From an uncultured Clostridia bacterium (GTDB lineage Bacteria; Bacillota; Clostridia; Christensenellales; CAG-917): 54,954 bases of DNA. The DNA lies in contig CANDBF010000004.1 of assembly GCA_947382865.1 (NCBI GenBank), positions 1-54,954 on the forward strand, given 5' to 3'. The notes beneath the pieces were generated by a model that was given only the letters and a program-made list of their open reading frames with translations, ran no database searches and was not told the DNA's origin. A program made the translations under genes and the position numbers. Positions within the stretch are counted from its first letter, which is position 1; each line of letters opens with the position of its first letter. Shown piece after piece: positions 9,738 to 19,311 of the stretch.

Positions 9738-11648
9738 TTAATCCAGTTCAAAGGCGCCCGTATACAGCTGATAATACTTTCCCTTCTTCGCTATAAGCTC
9801 GTCGTGATTGCCGCGCTCGATAATCTCGCCGTGTTCGAGCACGCATATCATATCGGCGTTGCGGACGGTGGAAAGACGGTGAGCGATGACGAATACCGTC
9901 CTGCCCTGCATAAGGCTGTCCATTCCTTTTTCGATGAGCTTCTCGGTTCTGGTATCTATGGATGATGTCGCCTCGTCGAGTATAAGCACGGGCGGATTGG
10001 CTACCGCGGCTCTTGCTATCGCGAGAAGTTGGCGCTGTCCCTGCGAGAGATTTTCGCCGTCGCCCGTAAGCATAGTATCGTAGCCGTTGGGCAGATGCCT
10101 TATGAAATAGTCTGCGTTTGCGAGCTTTGCCGCCGCCACGACCTCTTCGTCGGTTGCGTCGAGCTTGCCGAAGCGGATATTGTCGCTGACCGTCCCCGTG
10201 AACATATGCGTATCCTGCAAAACCATAGCCATAGAGTGTCTCAGATCCGCTTTTTTGATTTTGTTGATGTTTATGTTGTCATAGCGAATTTTGCCCTCGT
10301 TTATATCGTAAAAACGCGTGACAAGGTTGATTATGGTAGTCTTTCCCGCGCCTGTCGAACCTACGAGCGCGATTTTCTGCCCCGGATACGCCGTCAGAGT
10401 CACGTTTTTGAGCACCGTCTTCTCGGGAGTATAGCCGAAGGTCACGTCTTCAAATTCCACCTCGCCGGTCCACTTTACGTAGGTTGTCGTTCCGTCAGCT
10501 TTATGGAAATGCTTCCAAGCCCAGACGCCCGTATATTCCTCCGTCTCGCTGAGGTTGCCGTCTTCGTCCTCGACGGCGTTGACGAGCGTAACATAGCCCT
10601 CGTCCTCCTCAGGCTTCTGGTCTATCAGCTCAAATATGCGCTCCGCGCCCGCAAGCGCCATAAGCACGCCGTTCATCTGCTGCGCTATCTGCGCGAGAGG
10701 ATTGCTGAACTGTCTCGACGCCTGCATAAACGTGACCAGACCGCCCCACGTCATGCCTCCGAAGCCGTTTATTGCGAGTATCGTGCCTACAATCGCCGTC
10801 ACCGCATAGCTGACGTAGGAAAGGTTGCCCATAATCGGCATGAGCACGTTGGCATAGGTGTGCGCGTTTTTTGAAGCGTCTCTGAGTTTGCCGTTGAAAA
10901 CGTCGAATTCGGCTTTTTCGGCATCCTCATGACAGAAAACCTTTACGACTTTTAGTCCGTCCAGATGCTCCTCGATATATCCGTTGAGCGCGCCTATACG
11001 GTACTGCTGTTTGACGAAATATTTGCCGCTTCTGCCCGCTATAAACTTGATTATCAGCAGCATAAGCACAAGCATAGCCACGCTGCAAAGAGTGAGCAGC
11101 GGCGAAAGCACCAGCATCATCACAAACATACCTATGACCGTAAGCACGTTGGTTACGATTGTGGGCAGTCCGTTTGAGAGCAGCTCGCGCAGCGTATCGG
11201 TATCGTTGGTGTAAAGGCTCATAATATCGCCGTGGGTATGCGTATCGAAATATCTGACCGGCAGAGCCTGCATCTTTTCAAACATCTCGTCTCTGACGTT
11301 CTGCAATACGGTGGTGGTTATGCTTACAATAAGATAGTTGTAAACGTAATGAAGCCCCGCGCCTACGGCAAATATAGCCGCCATTATGCCGACGATGCCG
11401 CCCAGCGCGCCCAATCCGCTCAAAGAGCCGAGCGTGACCGTAGCGCCCGCCGTCAACGGAAGAATAAACTTATCGATGATGACCGACATCATAAACATTC
11501 CGCCGACATTGCACAGCACGTTTGCAATCATACAGGCGAAGGAAACGGCAAGTTTGAGCTTGTAGCCTTTAAGATAGCTCAAAATGCGCCTGAACGTTTT
11601 CATCGGGCTTTGCACTCTGATATTCGCATGCTTATTCGTTTGAGGCAT
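9738..11648 (-). CDS. ABC exporter, fused permease/ATPase (consensus-site subunit of a heterodimer)
   Basis: Six-TM N-terminal domain, Walker A GSTGAGKTT, LSQGQRQ, ILDEATSS, IAHRLST. Confidence 0.95.
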   Translation of the reverse strand: MPQTNKHANIRVQSPMKTFRRILSYLKGYKLKLAVSFACMIANVLCNVGGMFMMSVIIDKFILPLTAGATVTLGSLSGLGALGGIVGIMAAIFAVGAGLHYVYNYLIVSITTTVLQNVRDEMFEKMQALPVRYFDTHTHGDIMSLYTNDTDTLRELLSNGLPTIVTNVLTVIGMFVMMLVLSPLLTLCSVAMLVLMLLIIKFIAGRSGKYFVKQQYRIGALNGYIEEHLDGLKVVKVFCHEDAEKAEFDVFNGKLRDASKNAHTYANVLMPIMGNLSYVSYAVTAIVGTILAINGFGGMTWGGLVTFMQASRQFSNPLAQIAQQMNGVLMALAGAERIFELIDQKPEEDEGYVTLVNAVEDEDGNLSETEEYTGVWAWKHFHKADGTTTYVKWTGEVEFEDVTFGYTPEKTVLKNVTLTAYPGQKIALVGSTGAGKTTIINLVTRFYDINEGKIRYDNININKIKKADLRHSMAMVLQDTHMFTGTVSDNIRFGKLDATDEEVVAAAKLANADYFIRHLPNGYDTMLTGDGENLSQGQRQLLAIARAAVANPPVLILDEATSSIDTRTEKLIEKGMDSLMQGRTVFVIAHRLSTVRNADMICVLEHGEIIERGNHDELIAKKGKYYQLYTGAFELD

Positions 11649-13509
11649 CTTCGCTCACCTCCTCTTCCGCCTGACCCTTTTGCTGTGACTGATACACGTC
11701 GCGGTAAATCTCATTGCTTTCGAGCAGCTCGTCGTGCGTGCCTATCGCGTCGATTTTGCCGTCGTTCATAACTATTATCCTGTCCGAATTCTCGACTGAG
11801 GCAATGCGCTGGGCGATTATAATAACCGTCGTATCCGAAAATTCCTTTTTAAGCCCTTCCCTTATAGCAGAGTCGGTCGCGGTGTCGACGGCGCTCGTAG
11901 AGTCGTCCAATATCATAATTTTGGGATGTTTGAGCAACGCTCTTGCGATACATAGCCTCTGCTTCTGTCCTCCCGATACGTTTACGCCGCCCTGCCCGAG
12001 GTCGGTCTCATAGCCGCTTGGGAATGACATAATAAAGTCGTGCGCCTGCGCCGCGCGCGCCGCGTGATATATCTCTTCGTCGGTAGCGTCGGGATTGCCC
12101 CACAGCAGGTTCTGCTTTATAGTGCCCGAAAACAGCACGTTCTTCTGCAACACCATGCCTATCGCGCCGCGAAGATTTTCAATCTTATAATCCCTTACGT
12201 CCACTCCGCCGACCTTAACGCTCCCATCAAAGGTATCGTACAGTCTTGGAATAAGCTGAACGAGCGTGGTTTTCGCAGAGCCCGTGCCGCCGATAATGCC
12301 GATAGTCTCGCCGCTCTTTATATGTAAATCGATGTTTTCAAGATTGAGCACGTCCGCCTGCTTTTTGTAGGAAAAGTCTACGTTGTCAAAATCTATGCTT
12401 CCGTCGGCGGGCATTATGTCCGTCGCGTCGGGCGCGTCCTCAATATCGATTTTTTCATCGAGAACCTCGACTATTCTGTCCATCGAAGCGCGGGACATAA
12501 CTATCGTCATGAACACCATCGCCACCATCATAACGGACATGAGTATCTGCATAACGTAACTCAGAAACGCCGTCAGATCGCCGACGGACATCCCTATGCC
12601 CTGCGTATTTATAATGTCGGCGCCGCCGAAATACAGTATGCAGACTATACAGGCATAGACGAGTATCTGCACGAACGGAAAAATGATAACTATGATTTTT
12701 TCCGCACTGAATTGCAGCTTACGCACCGTCTCGCTGACCTTCTTAAACTTTTTGACCTCGTTATCCTCTCTTACGAACGCCTTGACCGCGCGTATGCCGA
12801 TAAGGTTCTCCTGCGTGGATTCGTTCATATCGTCGTACTTGCGCAACATCTTTTCAAAGCGCGGAAAGGTGACCATCGCGCCCACACCGATACCGATAAG
12901 CAACACGGGAAGCACCACCGCGAAGATTATCGACAGCTTCGGGCTGATTGACACGGACATACACATTGCGAGTATGAGCATAAACGGCGCGCGCACCAGA
13001 ATGCGAATAACCATCATAAACGCGGTCTGCACGTTGGTCACGTCCGTCGTAAGTCTTGTGACGAGGCTTGCGGTGTTGAATTTGTCAAGGTTTGCAAAGC
13101 TGAAATTCTCAACCTTGTAGAACAACTTTTTACGCAGATTGCAGGAAAAGCCGGTAGACGCAGTCGCCGCGAATTTCGCCGAAAGCGCGCCGCACAGCAA
13201 GGATATGAGCGCCATTACGACCATGAGCGCGCCGCACACGACGATAAAAGCAATCCTGTCGTACATGGTGAATACGGGCACGGAAAAACTGCCCAGCGAA
13301 ATTGTGAAAACAAATTCGCTCAGTCCCTCTCCCTTTATGCCCACGTCTACTATCTGAGCCATAATCAAGGGAATAAACACCTCAAACAGCACCTCCACCG
13401 CTACAAGCACGGAGGTGAGTATAGATACCTTTTTGTATTCCCCTACGCAGGAAAACAGCTTGCGAAACTTCTGTTTTGCCCTTGGAGTTTTGATATTCTT
13501 CTCTTTCAT
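11632..13509 (-). CDS. ABC exporter, fused permease/ATPase (degenerate-site subunit of a heterodimer)
   Basis: GGTGSAKTT, VSGGQKQR, ILDDSTSAVD, IIAQRI (degenerate Walker B and H-loop, TM287/288-like). Start taken at the ATG at 13509 after AAGGTGG. Confidence 0.94.
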   Translation of the reverse strand: MKEKNIKTPRAKQKFRKLFSCVGEYKKVSILTSVLVAVEVLFEVFIPLIMAQIVDVGIKGEGLSEFVFTISLGSFSVPVFTMYDRIAFIVVCGALMVVMALISLLCGALSAKFAATASTGFSCNLRKKLFYKVENFSFANLDKFNTASLVTRLTTDVTNVQTAFMMVIRILVRAPFMLILAMCMSVSISPKLSIIFAVVLPVLLIGIGVGAMVTFPRFEKMLRKYDDMNESTQENLIGIRAVKAFVREDNEVKKFKKVSETVRKLQFSAEKIIVIIFPFVQILVYACIVCILYFGGADIINTQGIGMSVGDLTAFLSYVMQILMSVMMVAMVFMTIVMSRASMDRIVEVLDEKIDIEDAPDATDIMPADGSIDFDNVDFSYKKQADVLNLENIDLHIKSGETIGIIGGTGSAKTTLVQLIPRLYDTFDGSVKVGGVDVRDYKIENLRGAIGMVLQKNVLFSGTIKQNLLWGNPDATDEEIYHAARAAQAHDFIMSFPSGYETDLGQGGVNVSGGQKQRLCIARALLKHPKIMILDDSTSAVDTATDSAIREGLKKEFSDTTVIIIAQRIASVENSDRIIVMNDGKIDAIGTHDELLESNEIYRDVYQSQQKGQAEEEVSEDASNE

Positions 13510-13716
13510 AACCACCTTAAATAGCGATTTTACGCCTATTTTCAAATTAAATATGCACTATTGTATTTACAATCTATAAAAAAAAATGTCAAATGTTTTT
13601 ATACATTTGTATATAAATTAAAATATTTTTAACAATTACCATATATGCGTACACGATTTTTGCCTTTTGCCAAGTATAAAAGCGCTGAAAAAACATCATA
13701 AATTTTTCATAACGAC

Positions 13717-13745
13717 TTGACATTTGGCAATCATTGCCATATACT
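13717..13745 (+). promoter_or_regulatory. Sigma-A promoter of clpB
   Basis: TTGACA (13717-13722), 17 bp, TATACT (13740-13745). Confidence 0.85.
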
Positions 13746-13746
13746 G

Positions 13747-13773
13747 TTAGCAGTCTTAAATGCAGATTGCTAA
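13747..13773. promoter_or_regulatory. CIRCE element (HrcA operator)
   Basis: TTAGCAGTC-N9-GATTGCTAA versus consensus TTAGCACTC-N9-GAGTGCTAA, between the promoter and a heat-shock gene. Confidence 0.88.
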
Positions 13774-13794
13774 TATCTGCAAAGGAAGGTAATT

Positions 13795-16389
13795 ATGGAC
13801 GCTCAAAAATTCACAAGAAAAGCGTTGGAGGCGGTAAACGGCGCGCAGACGATGGCGCTTGAAAGACATAATCAGAGTCTTTCTCCCGAGCACCTGACCT
13901 ACGTCCTCCTTGCCGACGAAGAGGGACTGATACCCAAACTGCTGACAAAATGCGGCGTCGACGCCCCGCAGCTTTTAAGAGAAACAGACAGACTCATATC
14001 CGCGTTCCCCGCAGTGACGGGCACGGGTTCACCGCAGGTTTATATGGCAAACGAAACCGCGCTTATTATTTCCGCGGCGGAAAAGCTAGCGACGAAAAAC
14101 GGCGACGATTTCGTAAGCGTAGAACATCTGTTTGAAGCAATTTTAAGCTCTCCCACTCAGGGTCTAAAAGCCGCGTTTGCAAAGCTAGGATTGACGAAAA
14201 AGAACTTTATGCAAGCATTATCGCAGGTTAAAACCTCAAAAGTGACAAACGACAGTCCCGAAGATACCTACGACGTGCTGAATAAATACGGCTACGATCT
14301 GGTGGAAAGAGCAAGTGCCGGCAAGCTCGATCCGGTTATCGGAAGAGACGACGAGATAAGAAACGTCATAAGAATTTTGTCGAGAAAAACCAAAAACAAT
14401 CCCGTGCTCATAGGCGAACCGGGCGTAGGCAAAACCGCCATCGCCGAAGGACTTGCGCAGCGCATCGTGCGCGGCGACGTTCCCGAAGGACTCAAAGACA
14501 AACACGTGTTTGCGCTGGATATGGGCGCGCTTATCGCGGGCGCCAAATACAGAGGCGAGTTTGAGGAAAGGCTCAAAGCCGTGCTCAACGAGATAAAGAA
14601 GCAGAACGGCAGAACCCTGCTCTTCATCGACGAGCTGCACACTATCGTCGGCGCGGGCAAGACGGAAGGAAGTATGGACGCGGGCAACCTGTTAAAGCCC
14701 ATGCTCGCAAGAGGCGAGCTGCACTGCATAGGCGCGACTACGCTTGACGAATACAGGAAGTATATCGAAAAGGACGCCGCGCTCGAACGCAGATTCCAGC
14801 CCGTACAGGTGGATGAACCCACCGTCGAAGACACGATAGCGATACTGCGCGGACTTAAAGAGCGCTATGAAATTTTCCACGGCGTGCGCATACACGACCG
14901 CGCGCTCGTCTGCGCCGCAACGCTTTCGGACAGATATATAACGGACAGATTTCTGCCCGACAAAGCCATTGACCTCGTAGACGAGGCGTGCGCGCTCATC
15001 CGTACGGAAATAGACAGTATGCCCACCGAGATGGACGAAATCAGCCGCAAAATAATGCAACTCGAAATCGAGGAGACCGCGCTCGCAAAGGAGACGGATA
15101 CTCTGTCTCTCGAAAGGCGGGATAATGTAAAGGCGGAGCTTGCCGAGCTAAACGACAAATTCAACGCGATGAAGGCGCAATGGGAAAACGAGAAAAAGGA
15201 GATTTCCTCCGTTCAGGACACAAAAGCCGAGATAGACCGCGTGAACTCCGAAATCGAGGAAGCCAAGCGCAAGAGCGATTACGGCAAAGCCGCAGAGCTT
15301 CAATACGGCACTCTGCCCGCGCTTCTCGAAAAACTGCGTAAGGCGGAAGAAAAGAACGCCGAGGGCGGCAGTGCGCAGTTGCTTCGCGACGAGGTCACCG
15401 ACGACGAAATCGCAAAAATCGTAGCGAAATGGACGGGCATCCCCGTGACAAAACTTATGTCGAGCGAGAAAGAAAAGCTGTTGCGCCTCGGCGACGAGCT
15501 CCACAAGCGCGTAATAGGACAGGACGAGGCGGTGAAATCCGTCACCGAAGCCATACTCCGCTCGCGCGCGGGCATATCCGACGAGAACCGTCCTATCGGC
15601 TCATTTATGTTCCTCGGTCCCACGGGCGTTGGCAAAACCGAGCTTGCCAAGACGCTTGCGGCATATCTGTTTGACGACGAGAGGAATATCGTCCGTATCG
15701 ATATGACGGAATATATGGAAAAATTCAGCGTATCGAGGCTTATAGGCGCGCCTCCCGGATACGTCGGATACGACGAGGGCGGACAGCTTACGGAAGCCGT
15801 GCGCAGAAAGCCGTATTCCGTCGTCCTCTTCGACGAGATAGAAAAGGCGCACCCCGACGTATTCAACGTGCTGTTGCAGGTGCTCGACGACGGCAGGATT
15901 ACGGACAGCCAAGGCAGAACCGTCAACTTCAAAAACACCATAATCATTATGACGTCAAACCTTGGAAGCAATCTGATTTTGGATAATATAAACGCGGACG
16001 GTGCTATCTCCGAAAGCGCAAAATCCGAAATCGACGCGCTTTTGAAGTCCACCTTCCGTCCCGAATTTCTGAACCGTCTCGACGACACGGTGCTGTTCGC
16101 TCCCCTGACGCATTCGGAGATATCCAATATAATAGACCTTATGCTTGAAAAGCTCGGAAGCAGACTCGCAAGACAGGAATTGAAATTGATGGTTACAAAC
16201 GATGCCAAAGAGGCAATAATAGAAGGAGGCTACGACGTGACGTTCGGCGCGAGACCGCTGAAAAGATATATCGAGAGCCATATAGAAACTCAGGTGGCGC
16301 GCGTCATACTCGGCGGAAACCTGCATCAGGGCTCTACCATTGTGGTGGACGCGAAAAACTCCGCGCTCGAAATACGCGTCGAAAAATAG
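13795..16389 (+). CDS. clpB: ATP-dependent chaperone ClpB
   Basis: Two AAA+ modules ([16 protein letters not shown]), [12 protein letters not shown], long middle coiled coil, GARPLKR. Confidence 0.98.
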   Translation: MDAQKFTRKALEAVNGAQTMALERHNQSLSPEHLTYVLLADEEGLIPKLLTKCGVDAPQLLRETDRLISAFPAVTGTGSPQVYMANETALIISAAEKLATKNGDDFVSVEHLFEAILSSPTQGLKAAFAKLGLTKKNFMQALSQVKTSKVTNDSPEDTYDVLNKYGYDLVERASAGKLDPVIGRDDEIRNVIRILSRKTKNNPVLIGEPGVGKTAIAEGLAQRIVRGDVPEGLKDKHVFALDMGALIAGAKYRGEFEERLKAVLNEIKKQNGRTLLFIDELHTIVGAGKTEGSMDAGNLLKPMLARGELHCIGATTLDEYRKYIEKDAALERRFQPVQVDEPTVEDTIAILRGLKERYEIFHGVRIHDRALVCAATLSDRYITDRFLPDKAIDLVDEACALIRTEIDSMPTEMDEISRKIMQLEIEETALAKETDTLSLERRDNVKAELAELNDKFNAMKAQWENEKKEISSVQDTKAEIDRVNSEIEEAKRKSDYGKAAELQYGTLPALLEKLRKAEEKNAEGGSAQLLRDEVTDDEIAKIVAKWTGIPVTKLMSSEKEKLLRLGDELHKRVIGQDEAVKSVTEAILRSRAGISDENRPIGSFMFLGPTGVGKTELAKTLAAYLFDDERNIVRIDMTEYMEKFSVSRLIGAPPGYVGYDEGGQLTEAVRRKPYSVVLFDEIEKAHPDVFNVLLQVLDDGRITDSQGRTVNFKNTIIIMTSNLGSNLILDNINADGAISESAKSEIDALLKSTFRPEFLNRLDDTVLFAPLTHSEISNIIDLMLEKLGSRLARQELKLMVTNDAKEAIIEGGYDVTFGARPLKRYIESHIETQVARVILGGNLHQGSTIVVDAKNSALEIRVEK

Positions 16390-16497
16390 TATTCCCGCGG
16401 ACGTATGCGTGCGTTTGTGACATTATACTAAATAAAACATAATATTATAATTATGTCGCAATCAGACGGATTTACGGCATAAAGAAAGAGAGGCAAA

Positions 16498-17070
16498 ATG
16501 GGCAATTCCGAAAACGGTTTATCAAAAATTCTCAACTCGCCTTTGACAGTTGGCATAGCGCTGATTGTCATAGGCATACTTTTCTGCGCTTTGAGAGCGG
16601 GCTTTATAAGCATATTGCTTACAATCGTAGGCGTGGTGCTTATCATACTCGGCGTTTTGAATATGGTCGGCAAAAACTGGACGATGGGCGGCATAGAGCT
16701 TGCGGTCGGCGCGGTTATAATAATATGCGGCTGGCTGATTGTAGATATAACCCTGTTGCTTCTGGGAATAGTTTTTATCGCCTACTCGATATATCAGATT
16801 GCGACAACCGCTCCCAAGCTGAAACGCGCCAAGTTCGGCGACATAATTATGGCGTTGCTCTATCCGTTGCTTATACTTGCGATAGGCATAATACTCGTGG
16901 TTGCGAAATGGCAGATGATAGACGTGATATTTATCGTTATCGGCGCTATATCCATTGTGTCGGGCATAATCATAATCGCCAAGAATATCGTCGAAACAAA
17001 TCGGACAACTTCGGCGCAACAGCCGTCGTCGGAAAGCAAAGCGTCTTCGGTACAGAAATCGGGCGACTGA
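16498..17070 (+). CDS. Integral membrane protein (DUF308/HdeD-like)
   Basis: About six hydrophobic helices in a repeated hairpin pattern; GAGG SD. Confidence 0.7.
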   Translation: MGNSENGLSKILNSPLTVGIALIVIGILFCALRAGFISILLTIVGVVLIILGVLNMVGKNWTMGGIELAVGAVIIICGWLIVDITLLLLGIVFIAYSIYQIATTAPKLKRAKFGDIIMALLYPLLILAIGIILVVAKWQMIDVIFIVIGAISIVSGIIIIAKNIVETNRTTSAQQPSSESKASSVQKSGD

Positions 17071-17105
17071 TTTGAGAAAACGAAACTGTTGATTTGGAAA
17101 ATCAA

Positions 17106-17135
17106 AAAATCCGTCTCTTTCATGAGACGGATTTT
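17106..17135. terminator. Bidirectional intrinsic terminator
   Basis: AAAATCCGTCTC / GAGACGGATTTT stem between convergent genes. Confidence 0.8.
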
Positions 17136-17201
17136 CGTTTATCCGCGTTTATTTAGCGCATTTATTATCCGTTCGCACGCGCTTGTAAGCTACGTCTGCA
17201 A

Positions 17202-17828
17202 TCACAGATCCGTCCTGCCGTCGTACGCTTTATACGCCGAAGCCAGCATCTCCACACAATTATCTATGCCGAACAGAGCGCTATCTATACAAAGGTGATA
17301 GTTCGATGCGCTTCCCCATTCCGAATCCGTATAGTAGCGATAATGCCTCGCGCGCAGTTTATCGGTATCGCGCACGAGCTTCTGCGCCTTGCGCTCATCG
17401 GGCGCGTCCTTATAAACTTCTATGACGCGCTTCACTCGGCTGTCCGTATCCGCAAAAACGAATACGTTCATGCACTTGCGCCTGTTTCGCAAAACGTAAT
17501 CCGCGCAACGTCCTACGATTACGCACGCGCCGCCGTTTGCAAACGTCTCTATCGCTTCCGCTTCGGCGGCATAAATCCTTGCCTCAAAATTGTCGAAGTT
17601 TGCAAACGCACCTGTTCCCAAAACGGAGACAGGCATTGTATATGACGCAAAACCCTTGCGCTTCTGCTCGTTATCCTTTATAAAGCCCTCGGCGAAGCCG
17701 CAGTTCTGCGCCGCTTTTTCTATAATCTCCTTGTCATAAAAAGGTACGCCCAGCCTCTCAGCCAGCAGCTTTCCTATAAGTCTTCCGCCACTTCCGAACT
17801 GTCTGGATATCGTGACCACCGTATTCAT
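17202..17828 (-). CDS. Cytidylate kinase-like family protein
   Basis: ITISRQFGSGG P-loop variant, CVIVGRCADY, D..R..HY.YYT...W...NYHLCIDS. Start at the ATG at 17828 after AAGGAGG. Confidence 0.9.
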   Translation of the reverse strand: MNTVVTISRQFGSGGRLIGKLLAERLGVPFYDKEIIEKAAQNCGFAEGFIKDNEQKRKGFASYTMPVSVLGTGAFANFDNFEARIYAAEAEAIETFANGGACVIVGRCADYVLRNRRKCMNVFVFADTDSRVKRVIEVYKDAPDERKAQKLVRDTDKLRARHYRYYTDSEWGSASNYHLCIDSALFGIDNCVEMLASAYKAYDGRTDL

Positions 17829-18027
17829 AATCCCCTCCTTATACGCGGACACCGATTGTCCGCCTTTTATAATATTATCCACCCGCCTTGGATTTTCGTC
17901 AAGATTGAAAATAATATTCTCCCGCCTTGCTAAGTCTTTTTATTTTTGATAGAATGTATTTCGGTGAGTGCAGACGGTTTATAATCATCAAACCGCAATT
18001 TTAAGTATTCTAATCGGAGGGATTTTA

Positions 18028-19200
18028 ATGCCTTATACGGTATATCTTAAAAAAGGAGAGGAAAAACGCATTCTTTGCGGACACTCGTGGGTATACGCCA
18101 ACGAGGTTTCGCGCATAGAAGGCAAGGATAAAAACGGCTCTCTTGCCGAAGTGAGGTCCTTCGACGGAAAATTTATCGGCAAAGGCTATATAAATCATCT
18201 TTCCAAAATACTGGTACGCATCTTCGCGCGGGATGAAGACTATTGCGAGCAGGACGAAAGAGAATTATATCGCAAACGCATAGCCGAGGCAAACGCGCTA
18301 AGAGTGAAACTCGGATACGACGACTGCTATCGCATAGTCTTCGCGGAAGCGGACAATATCCCCGCGCTGATTGTGGATAAGTATGCGGACATACTCGTTA
18401 TGCAATGTCTTTCTCTCGGCATAGATAAGCGTAAGCAAATGATTGCGGACTGCCTTAGAGAATTGTTCTCTCCTAAGGGCATATACGAGCGTAGCGATTC
18501 CGCAGTGCGCGCAAAGGAAGGGCTCGAAAAAGTGTGCGGCGCTCTGTACGGCGAGGTTCCCGACAAGGTAATCGTCCGCGAAAACGGAATAAAGCTGGCG
18601 GTAGACGTAAAGCACGGGCAGAAAACGGGATATTTTCTTGACCAAAAGGAAAACCGCCTGTCCTCACGCAGATACGCGCGCGGAGAGGTGCTCGACTGCT
18701 TCTCGAACAGCGGCGGATTTTCGCTCAATGCCGCGCTTACGGCAAAAAACGTCACAGCCGTGGATATATCAGAGTCCGCGCTCGACAGCGTAAAAGAAAA
18801 CGCCGCTCTCAACGGATTTAACAACGTAAATACGGTTTGCGGAGACGTATTCGAGGTTTTGCGCAAATATAAAGCGGAAAAAACGCAGTTTGACACGGTT
18901 ATTCTCGACCCGCCCGCCTTTTGCAAAAGCGCGGCTGAGGTCAAGGACGCATACAGAGGCTACAAGGATATAAACATCCTCGGTATGAAGGTCGTAAAAA
19001 GCGGCGGCTTTCTTATAACCTCCTCCTGCTCGCACTATATGACTCTGCCGTTGTTTGAAAAAATGCTCGTCGAAGCCGCAAAGGAAAGCGGCAGAACGGT
19101 GCGCAATATCGAAATAAAATGTCAGTCGCCCGACCACCCGTCTCTTCTCGTCGCAGACGAAACCAATTATCTGAAATTTTTCGTGCTACAAGTATTATAA
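18028..19200 (+). CDS. Class I SAM-dependent rRNA methyltransferase (RlmI/YwbD-like)
   Basis: PUA-like N-terminus (GHSWVYANE), GQKTGYFLDQKENR, VLDCFSNSGGF, ILDPPAF, SSCSH. ATG at 18028 after GGAGG. Confidence 0.92.
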   Translation: MPYTVYLKKGEEKRILCGHSWVYANEVSRIEGKDKNGSLAEVRSFDGKFIGKGYINHLSKILVRIFARDEDYCEQDERELYRKRIAEANALRVKLGYDDCYRIVFAEADNIPALIVDKYADILVMQCLSLGIDKRKQMIADCLRELFSPKGIYERSDSAVRAKEGLEKVCGALYGEVPDKVIVRENGIKLAVDVKHGQKTGYFLDQKENRLSSRRYARGEVLDCFSNSGGFSLNAALTAKNVTAVDISESALDSVKENAALNGFNNVNTVCGDVFEVLRKYKAEKTQFDTVILDPPAFCKSAAEVKDAYRGYKDINILGMKVVKSGGFLITSSCSHYMTLPLFEKMLVEAAKESGRTVRNIEIKCQSPDHPSLLVADETNYLKFFVLQVL

Positions 19201-19228
19201 TAATAGATAAATGATTTTATCTTCTAAA

Positions 19229-19260
19229 TGAAAAGTCCGTCTGATTTGACGGACTTTTCA
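19229..19260. terminator. Bidirectional intrinsic terminator
   Basis: TGAAAAGTCCGTC / GACGGACTTTTCA between the convergent methyltransferase and thrS genes. Confidence 0.8.
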
Positions 19261-19311
19261 AAAGTATTTTAATTTTTCAAACTCAATAAATTCATATGCT
19301 TGAAAACCAGC

